Below are positions 27,050 to 34,226 of a DNA stretch of 37,036 nucleotides, piece by piece. This DNA is from Thermoleophilia bacterium (GTDB lineage Bacteria; Actinomycetota; Thermoleophilia; UBA2241): NCBI GenBank assembly GCA_052139595.1, contig JBKQWK010000052.1, forward strand, positions 1-37,036, in the 5' to 3' direction. A program made the translations under genes and the position numbers. The number at the start of each line of letters is the position of its first letter. Positions within the stretch are counted from its first letter, which is position 1. Under the pieces are notes generated by a model, which saw only the letters and a list, made by a program, of their open reading frames with translations, was not told the DNA's origin and made no database searches.

Positions 27050-27547
27050 TCACCAGAGAAACGGGATGAGGAACCTGACGCGGCGAGCGTAGCCGGCGAA
27101 CTACGTCCCGAACTCCTCGACCAGGAAGCGCTCCTCGGTCTTGGCCTTGAGGGCGGCGGAGACCGTGAACAAGGCGAGGCCGACGAGGCAACGCCATTTG
27201 GCCGACGGCGATGGCGGTGCCCAGGGCCGCGCCGATGAAGCCGCTGCAGATCGGGTTGCGGCTGAGGGCGTAGAGGCCGCTGCGCGCGAGACTGTGGCCC
27301 TCCTTGATCGTGACCCCGCTGCTCCAGTTCCCACCGAGTTCGCGACGCACCGAGATGGCGAAGCCGACGCCGGCGGCAGTGACCGCCTCACCGAATGCAT
27401 CAGTGGTGGCGCCGGCCGACAGGTCGTGCAGGCGCGAGGCGAGCGGTTCGCCCGCTTCACGGACTTGAGCCGGGTCATGCGCGCCGACCAGTAGAGCCAG
27501 AGGGCGGCCCAGAGCCCGTGGACCAGCCGGGAGAAGGGGCTGCTCAT
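27050..27547 (-). pseudogene. Isoprenylcysteine carboxyl methyltransferase (ICMT/Ste14) family pseudogene
   Basis: LGGNWSSGVTIKEGHSLARSGLYALSRNPI, KTEERFLVEEFG*..YARRVRFLIPFLW* spread over frames, with an internal stop and a missing segment. Confidence 0.85.
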
Positions 27548-27871
27548 GCTTCAGCATGTGACGCCGCGGCGATGGCGGCATGATAACAGCAAGCGTAGGG
27601 CGCGGGCGGTGTGGGCAAGCTCGCTCCTGACTCTCGGCCAGCCGCGTGACATTCGCCCAGGAGCGACCGTCTGTGAACGCGAAGCGTGCGAGCGCAGGGC
27701 TACCTCGGGCCGGCGCCACCTCGCTCATGAGCCTGCCAAGGATTCCAAAGTTGCCAATAGGTTGCCAAATCTGCAGGAAACGTGGCGGGTCGGATGGGGA
27801 GCGCGGCCACGGACCGTGGGCGCTCAGTGACGGGACGCGCCGCGTCCGGCTATTGCTGGTGTCCGTCATGC

Positions 27872-27984
27872 CTGACCGTTCTGCCGCTCGTCGGCCGCGG
27901 GAGGAACGAGTGACGGCGAATCTCCTGCGGCGGCAAGCTGTCGCTCGCGGCCGTGTCGTCCCCGCGGCGCGGCTGCACGGTCGG
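27872..27984. repeat. Long imperfect hairpin element
   Basis: Nested stems GACCGT/ACGGTC, GCCGC/GCGGC, CGGCCG/CGGCCG and CGAGTGACGGC/GCTGTCGCTCG. Confidence 0.55.
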
Positions 27985-27997
27985 CGACGCAAGAACT

Positions 27998-28462
27998 CTA
28001 GTACTCTCCCTTGATCACGAAGAATGAACCGCGAATGGTTCCGGCCAGTTTGGACTTCTGCCTGGCGAACTTGAACTTCGTTTGCAGCTCCGCCGGCACT
28101 TCCATCCCTTCCGCAAGCTTGAAGCCGACAGCTCGCTTCTTGGGGTCATCGATCGTATACACGACGTTGAGCGCAAGACCGTCCTCATAGAAGACGTAGG
28201 CGAATCTGATGTTCTCCACTTGGAAGCGTGACGTCTCCAGAGGCTTGGCAGCAAGCTCAATATCACGTTCTTCCTTGAGGATTTTGCTTACGTAGTCCAG
28301 TGTGCCCTGGCTGTCGCCAGCCGCTACGACGGTGAACTCATGCTTGTATTTGTTCATGAAGTATCTGGCTTCATTGGCGCGGAGACCGGCAAGCGCTCCT
28401 GCTACCGGTGAAGTCTCCAGACCAACCGCAGACACGTTTTCAAAATCAACGACCTTGGACAC
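27998..28462 (-). CDS. Conserved hypothetical protein, low GC
   Basis: Clean 154-aa ORF with a strong AGGAGGAGG RBS and GTG start. Sampled lines are about 52% GC versus about 70% nearby. Confidence 0.85.
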   Translation of the reverse strand: MSKVVDFENVSAVGLETSPVAGALAGLRANEARYFMNKYKHEFTVVAAGDSQGTLDYVSKILKEERDIELAAKPLETSRFQVENIRFAYVFYEDGLALNVVYTIDDPKKRAVGFKLAEGMEVPAELQTKFKFARQKSKLAGTIRGSFFVIKGEY

Positions 28463-28571
28463 TCTTATCCTCCTCCTATGAGCTCCCCCGCTGCTTTCTT
28501 AGGGAGCCTGTGCGGCGTCTACTGAGCTGCGAGGGCAACGTGCGGATTCTGTAGGGCTTTACCCTCTGCGT

Positions 28572-28615
28572 CGGTCCCGGCGGGGATCCCAGCGTTGATA
28601 TACCCGCCGGAGCCG
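28572..28615. repeat. REP-like palindrome
   Basis: CGGTCCCGGCGGG ... CCCGCCGGAGCCG, 11 of 13 complementary. Confidence 0.45.
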
Positions 28616-28800
28616 TGCGTCACCGCACGCTGGGGGAGAAGCGGGAGAAGGCGGGTCAGCGGGCTCGGCAACGGGTCGCCAGCAGCGGAGGCGATCATCT
28701 TCCCGGGCTTCTCGCTGACCGATTACGCGCCTCTGCCCCCAACCCCGGAGGTGACTCTGGCGCTAACATAGGAAGTGGACCGACGCATGGGCTCCGGCCA

Positions 28801-28878
28801 CATCGCTTTCGTGCTGGTCGTCTGTGGTCTGCCGTTTCTGGTCGCCGCCCTGCGCTCCCACGGCGAGGGGAGGTGAAG
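28801..28878 (+). repeat. Duplicated 3' end of the 4571-4771 membrane-protein gene
   Basis: 71/78 identity to 4696-4773, including the stop codon. Confidence 0.85.
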
Positions 28879-28968
28879 GTGCGCCGCAGACTTGTTATAC
28901 CGTGCCTCTCTGTCATCATCACGGCCGCATCCCTTTCGCCTCTACACAGGTCGAGGAGTTCGGCGCCG

Positions 28969-29028
28969 TTCGAGTATTTTCTCACTTGAGGCAACGAATC
29001 AGTTTCGAGTACTTTCTTCATGAGGCAA
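28969..29028. repeat. Imperfect 25-26 bp direct repeat pair
   Basis: TTCGAGTATTTTCTCACTTGAGGCAA (28969-28994) and TTCGAGTACTTTCTTCATGAGGCAA (29004-29028). Confidence 0.65.
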
Positions 29029-29072
29029 TGTAAGGGCTTGGGCGTTGATGCACCGGTCTTGTACACTTCTGC

Positions 29073-30341
29073 ATGATGCCTCTTTCGAGACCCGATCACG
29101 CCTCGGTGCACGTGTACGTGACCGAGCGCGAGGCGCGGCGCCGCAGGCGCCGCCGCCGTCTGGTACTGCTCACGGGTGTCGCTGCCGCGGTCGTAGCCGC
29201 TGCGGCGGCCGGCGTGTGGGCCTTAGCGGGCGGCAGAAGTGCGCCGTCGACAGGTCCCCCCGTAACAGTCGCCGCGACCGGCACGGTCCGCCCTTCCCCA
29301 GCCAGCCTCTCTACGGCCTCCCCTTCCGCGGCCAGTCCCTCGGCGTCACCCGCGGTTTCCCCCACGGCCATTACGATCGGCTGGGTGGGTGACACGACGC
29401 CGGGATCGATGTACGGCATCCCGCCCGACGCCGGCCGCGCTCTGTTCGGCTCCCTGCGCCCCTTGCTGAGCAAGCCGGACCTCATGATCGCCAATCTCGA
29501 GGGCACGTATTCCACGCCCGGCCCGTCCAAGTGCGCCGGGGAGTCGTCGGGCGTGTGCTATGCCTTCCAGGTACCTCCGTCGTATGCCAAGGCGCTCGCG
29601 TGGTCGGGCATCGACCTCGTGAACATGGCCAACAACCACAGCATGGATTACCTCCGGCGCGGGTTCCTGCAGACTCAGGCGGCGCTCAAGAAGGCAGGCG
29701 TTCGCTACGCCGGGCTGCCCAACACGGTGACGCTTGTGAACGTGCACGGCGTGCGCGTCGCCGTCGTGGGATTTTCGCCGTACCCGTGGAGTGCTCCGCT
29801 CAACGACATCCCGGCCGCGGCCAAGCTCGTGAAGCGCGCGGCCGCGGAGGCCGACGTCGTCATCGTGCTCATGCACGCAGGGGCCGAGGGAGCGGACCAG
29901 GTCCACACGCCCCAGGGCAGCCAGTACTTCGACGGCGAGGATCGCGGCAATGTGCGCGCCTTCGCCCACGCCATGGTCGACACCGGGGCCGACCTGGTGT
30001 TCGGCTCCGGTCCCCACGTCATCCGCGGCATCGAGCGCTACAAGGGCCGCCTCATCGCCTACTCGCTCGGCAACTTCGCCGGCTGGGGCAACTTCGGCCT
30101 GGGCGGCAACCTCAGCCTCTCCGGCCTGCTGACCGTCAGGATCGACAAGACCGGGCGCATCCTCGGCGGGCGCTGGCTCTCGCTCTACGTCGCCCCGCCT
30201 GGGGTTTCGCGCGTGGACGGCTCAGATGCGTCTCTCAAGCTGGTGCGCAGCCTCTCGGCGAGCGACTTTACGCACACGTATCGCCTCGACTCCCAAGGGT
30301 ATTTCACGGCGCAGTCGGGGGCACAGGGGTCGACGCAGTAG
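29073..30341 (+). CDS. CapA/PGA_cap family metallophosphoesterase, membrane-anchored
   Basis: WVGD, ANLEGT, NMANNHSMDY, MHAGAE, GSGPHVIRGIE, AYSLGNF motifs; Arg-rich N-terminus, TM and Ser/Pro-rich linker; exact start uncertain. Confidence 0.92.
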   Translation: MMPLSRPDHASVHVYVTEREARRRRRRRRLVLLTGVAAAVVAAAAAGVWALAGGRSAPSTGPPVTVAATGTVRPSPASLSTASPSAASPSASPAVSPTAITIGWVGDTTPGSMYGIPPDAGRALFGSLRPLLSKPDLMIANLEGTYSTPGPSKCAGESSGVCYAFQVPPSYAKALAWSGIDLVNMANNHSMDYLRRGFLQTQAALKKAGVRYAGLPNTVTLVNVHGVRVAVVGFSPYPWSAPLNDIPAAAKLVKRAAAEADVVIVLMHAGAEGADQVHTPQGSQYFDGEDRGNVRAFAHAMVDTGADLVFGSGPHVIRGIERYKGRLIAYSLGNFAGWGNFGLGGNLSLSGLLTVRIDKTGRILGGRWLSLYVAPPGVSRVDGSDASLKLVRSLSASDFTHTYRLDSQGYFTAQSGAQGSTQ

Positions 30342-30537
30342 AACAAGCAACTGTAGATCACGAACAGCACCGCGTTGATGGGCAGGCCGTACACCTCTTG
30401 CGGCTGTTTGAAGAGCAGGCAGAACCTGAGGAGTGCGTGCCTCGATCATGCTCTTCCCCTGTGCCGGCCGTGTGCTGCCGGTGCGGGAGGCCATTCGTGC
30501 TCGGTACCGCCCCCGGTGTGGCACCTCTCTTGTGTGC

Positions 30538-30717
30538 ACCCTTGTCGCGGTCGACGAGTCCAATCTCGAGGAGTCTCTCGCGGCGTTCCGACAGACACGT
30601 GCCATCGATGCGGTGGCGTCCATGCAGCGCCGCTCGGTCGCACGCGGCGCCGATTCGCTCATCGTAGAGGACATTGACGCTGAGATTGTTGCGGTCCGCG
30701 AGGCACGAAGGCATTGA
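30538..30717 (+). pseudogene. 5'-truncated Phd/YefM-type antitoxin remnant
   Basis: LVAVDESNLEESLAAFRQTRAIDAVASMQRRSV..EDIDAEIVAVR; its stop overlaps the PIN start; the N-terminal DNA-binding part is absent. Confidence 0.65.
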
Positions 30718-31090
30718 GGATCGTGCTCGACACCAACGTGCTGGCTTCGGGGGCTGCTTTCGCCATTCGGTCCCCCTGGCGAGATCGTCCGGATGGCCTC
30801 GTCGGGCGCCGTGGCATTGTGTCTCGACGCGCATCCTCGCTGCGTATGACGACGTGCTTGCGCGACCCCGGTTCGGGTTCGACGCTGACTCGGCCGCGGC
30901 ACTTCTCGACTACATCGACTTCCGCAGTGAGGTGGTCGCGTCTGAGCCGCTCGAGCAGCGCCTTCCGGATCCCGATGACGGGCCGTCCCTCGAGGTCGCG
31001 GCCGCCTCTGGAGCGGACTGTCTGGTGACCGGGAAGCTCGCCCACTTCCCCTCGAACATCAAAGCCCGCGTCACGGCACTCTCGCCTGCG
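30714..31090 (+). pseudogene. PIN-domain toxin (TIGR00305-like) pseudogene
   Basis: MRIVLDTNVLASG / LLSPFGPPGEIV / ILAAYDDVLARPRF..PDPDD..LEVA..ADCLVTGK..HFP; two frameshifts and a lost 3' end. Confidence 0.85.
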
Positions 31091-31184
31091 CACGACCCGG
31101 CAGCGGCTTCCGCGAGAAGTTCTATCCGCGTGATCTCATCCCGGTCGCCACGGTCAGAGCGAGCGCATTCGACTGGACGACGTT

Positions 31185-31290
31185 CTACGCCACCTTGGCG
31201 ATCACGCGGCCGACCTCGCGGCGCGATACGCCCAGTGTGAGCAGTGACTTCACCAAAAGGTCAAGCGAGACCGAGGCATCCGCCCTGACA
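31185..31290 (-). pseudogene. C-terminal remnant of XRE-type HTH protein
   Basis: ADASVSLDLLVKSLLTLGVSRREVGRVIAKVA*; the sequence upstream is unrelated. Confidence 0.6.
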
Positions 31291-31639
31291 TACCCCCGAA
31301 GGATCTGCCTTGCCGCAACGCAGCAGTCACTTGCCCCGACGTACGAAGGCGGAGGCGCATCCGGCCTTCCCCTCGCCGTCCGAGGCGGCCGGGGTTGCCG
31401 CAGCGGATGCGTGGTCGCGCGCACGAGGCCGCTCCTGGATCACGCGGCTGAGATACCGGCTTACGGCCGGCCGATGGTTTTGCAGCGCCGCGTTCGGGTT
31501 CCTGCCGTGCAAACGGACACACCGTCCTCAAACGACGACCAAAGAGAGGTCGGCACTGAAGACGAATGCGTGCTGTGATAGAGGAATCGACTGGGATCAT
31601 GGTCGCGAGCGCCAAGGGAGCCGAGCGCGAAGGCCTCGG

Positions 31640-31765
31640 CAAAACAATCTGGCCGATCTGGTCGGTGACCATGTCTCTGGACGGCTTCATCGCTTGCCGC
31701 GAGGACGCGACGGACTGGGTGTTCGGCCATCTTGGGCCGAGTCCCGTCGTCGACGAGATCGCGGT
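31640..31765 (+). pseudogene. N-terminal fragment of a third DHFR/RibD-like gene
   Basis: KTIW(PIW)SVTMSLDGFIA..DATDWVF..PSPVVDEI, after which homology ends. Confidence 0.6.
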
Positions 31766-31886
31766 CACACTCGTCGCGGTGCGTCAACGCGTTTGTGGTC
31801 CGGTACCCGATGGTACAAGCCAGCACTGCGGTGAGTGTGCGCTTGTGACAAGGAGCGGCTCTATCCGCCTTACGTTAGAGGCAATC

Positions 31887-32186
31887 ATGATCCTTATCGT
31901 GCAACATACAGTGCGCGACTACGACGCCTGGAAGCCGGTCTTTGACGAGCACGAAAGCGTGCGCGCGAAGTACGGTTGTTTGGGGCACACCATCTATCGC
32001 GATGCCGACAAGCCCGAAGACCTGATGGTCTTCATACAGTGCGAGTCGCGCGAGCGGGCCGAGGGAATCCTCCGTGACCCATCATTGGCCGCGTCCATGG
32101 AGCGTGGCGGTGTCCTTGGTGAGCCACGTGTCACCTGGCTTGCAGAGGCCGAGACCTCCTCGTACGTGAAGCGTCGGGCAGCCTGA
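31887..32186 (+). CDS. Small dimeric alpha/beta-barrel (ABM/cyclase-like) protein
   Basis: MILIVQHTVRDYDAWKPVFDEH..R..YG..IYRDADKP..MERGGVLGEP; GAGG RBS before ATG 31887. Confidence 0.8.
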   Translation: MILIVQHTVRDYDAWKPVFDEHESVRAKYGCLGHTIYRDADKPEDLMVFIQCESRERAEGILRDPSLAASMERGGVLGEPRVTWLAEAETSSYVKRRAA

Positions 32187-32376
32187 GCGTGATGCGGCGA
32201 TCAGGGTGATCTCGAGCGGAGCCGCCGAAGGCGGCTCCGTAGCTTGCCTTGATCGCCGTCAGCCAGCCTCAAACTGGGTTCGACGTCCGCTTCAGTCCCG
32301 ACGGCGTCCAACCTTTCCCCGGCGGGTAGTTGCTAACTGCACGCATGTGATGCGTGAAAGCGCCACCGGGGGCACC

Positions 32377-32541
32377 ATGGCCAACTACGAGTTTGTCTGC
32401 AAGGGCTGCGGCACCGAGTTCGCGATCACCTGTCACATCGACGAGCGCGATGCTCAAGCGGTCTGCCCCAAGTGCGGCAGCCGTGAGGTGGAACAGAAGT
32501 ACAGCGCCGCCTTCTCGCCGCCGCCGCCGGCCAGGTACTGA
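32377..32541 (+). CDS. FmdB family zinc-ribbon protein
   Basis: MANYEFVCKGCGTEF...CPKCGSREV. Confidence 0.85.
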   Translation: MANYEFVCKGCGTEFAITCHIDERDAQAVCPKCGSREVEQKYSAAFSPPPPARY

Positions 32542-32603
32542 AAGCCGGAACGTCGGCCTGCCGAGCCCAGCCTGTCAGGCTCAACACACGGATGGGGTCG
32601 CCG

Positions 32604-32775
32604 TCAACGCGCCTGTTTGCCGGTGAATACGAACCCGGCGATCAGCGCCGCCACTTCTGCCTGCACGGTTTGGTTGACGCGCGCGTAGGTATCGAGCGTG
32701 ACTGAGACAGTCGCACGTCGTAGCCCTTCGCTGACCACCAGGGGATGGACGTTGTGACCGCAACCGCTGCGTGAG
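32604..32775 (-). pseudogene. Tyrosine recombinase/integrase C-terminal remnant 3
   Basis: NVHPLVVSEGLRRATVSVTLDTYARVNQTVQAEVAALIAGFVFTGKQAR*; same family as remnants 1 and 2, more diverged. Confidence 0.75.
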
Positions 32776-32905
32776 GCCGGCAGAGCTATGCCTGCGACCA
32801 GCTGCTACGACAGCAAGCTCTTATCGTTTTGGAGTAAGCAGGTGCTAAACGCTAGCCATGAGGTACAATTGGCGCACATCCGGTCATACGAACAACGGGG
32901 GAGTC

Positions 32906-33901
32906 ATGAGAGTTTCGCGCAGAGGTTGGCTCTGGGGTTTACTCGGGACGCTGGCCGTAGTCTCAGCAGTGGCATTCGTAGCCGCCGGTTGCGGCAGCTC
33001 AAGTTCCAGTTCGGCGGCAAGTTCGTCGCCCAGCGCGAGCAGCGCACCGAGCGTCACCGTGGCCGGCGTCCCGGTCACGCCCGACCCCGCGCTGCACCAG
33101 ATGCTTCCAGCGAGCATCCTTACTGCCGGCGAGATCAGAGTGGCCACTACCCTCCCTTACCCGCCCTGGGAGATGTTCGTCGGCAACACCACCAAAGTCA
33201 CCGGCTTCGAGTGCGATCTCTTGGAGGCCGTCGGCGTCAAACTGGGCGTAAAGGTGACCTTCGTCAATATGGCGTGGGCCAGCGTCATCCTCTCCCTGCA
33301 GGGTGGTAAGACGGACTTGATCGTGGGGGATATGTACGACAACACCTCGCGCGAGAAGCAAGTCACCTTTGTTGACTATGCCTATGACGGCTCGTCGATC
33401 CTCGTTCAAAAGGGCAATCCGCAAGGAATCACCAACCTCGACAGCCTGGCTGGCAAAACCGTGGCAGTGTTGAGCGGCTCCACGCAACAGGTGCTCCTGC
33501 AGAATCTCAATACGCAGTTCAAGAGCAGTGGCAAAACACCGATGCAGATTATCGTTCTCCCCGACCAGCCCGCTTGCCTGCTGGCAGTGAAGGGCGGGCG
33601 CGCGGCTGCTGACGTGAGTGATCACTCGACCTTGGAGTACATCGCAATGACGACAAACAGTGGCACTACGTTCGAGGTTGTCACTGACCCGGCTGCACCA
33701 AAAGGCTACGAGCCGGCAATAGTCGGCACAGCCATCCTGAAGACCAACACGCAATTCGTTACTGCGGTCCAGAAGGCAATTCAAGAGCTGATCAACGACG
33801 GCACATACACTACCTTCATCGATAAGTACCATCTCATACCGGTGAAATCGGCTCAGATCAACGTTGCCGGCCAAGCCGCGAGCGCCAGCCCCACGCCCTG
33901 A
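32906..33901 (+). CDS. Polar amino-acid ABC substrate-binding lipoprotein (SBP family 3)
   Basis: Lipobox AAG-C, YPPWE, GFECDL, REKQVTFVDY, LAGKTVAVLSGSTQ; GGGGAG RBS before ATG 32906. Confidence 0.92.
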   Translation: MRVSRRGWLWGLLGTLAVVSAVAFVAAGCGSSSSSSAASSSPSASSAPSVTVAGVPVTPDPALHQMLPASILTAGEIRVATTLPYPPWEMFVGNTTKVTGFECDLLEAVGVKLGVKVTFVNMAWASVILSLQGGKTDLIVGDMYDNTSREKQVTFVDYAYDGSSILVQKGNPQGITNLDSLAGKTVAVLSGSTQQVLLQNLNTQFKSSGKTPMQIIVLPDQPACLLAVKGGRAAADVSDHSTLEYIAMTTNSGTTFEVVTDPAAPKGYEPAIVGTAILKTNTQFVTAVQKAIQELINDGTYTTFIDKYHLIPVKSAQINVAGQAASASPTP

Positions 33902-33939
33902 GCGCAGAGCGGTGACTTTACTGCTTGCTTAGGCACCCA

Positions 33940-33985
33940 GGCCGCAGCGCTCGAGATCACTTGCTGGGTCCCGGGCGCTGCGGCC
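33940..33985. terminator. Strong hairpin downstream of the SBP gene
   Basis: GGCCGCAGCGCTCGAGATC ... GGTCCCGGGCGCTGCGGCC, 16 of 19 Watson-Crick pairs; no U-tract. Confidence 0.55.
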
Positions 33986-34226
33986 AGCTGCCTGTAGTCG
34001 GCTGCCTGTGACCGTAAGGTCGGAGCCGCTCGCTGCCGATCAATCGCCGGCGGGTGTGCCCCGCGGATGCACAACCGAGCGAAGCCCGTGCGCGTAGCTG
34101 GGCGGGATCGCTCTCTCCACCAACGTGGTAAAGTCAGACAGCTGCGAGCAGCAGCAGTCCGGGCCGTTCGGCACATTGTTCTCACGAGGCTAAGCTCGCC
34201 GAGGAAAAGGAGCGCGAGAAACGCCG

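Noticed and set aside
27998-28462. Prophage, based on a remembered phage tail label
   Set aside because: No structural, packaging or lysis genes nearby, and the label is unverified.
28475-28560. AGCGGGGGA and GAATCC suggesting a ydaO/c-di-AMP riboswitch
   Set aside because: The remaining conserved blocks are absent; explained by a simple hairpin next to the RBS.
28969-29028. Possible mini CRISPR array
   Set aside because: Only two imperfect units, a 9-nt gap, and no cas genes.
29073-30341. Poly-gamma-glutamate capsule locus
   Set aside because: No capB/capC; standalone CapA-family proteins are common.
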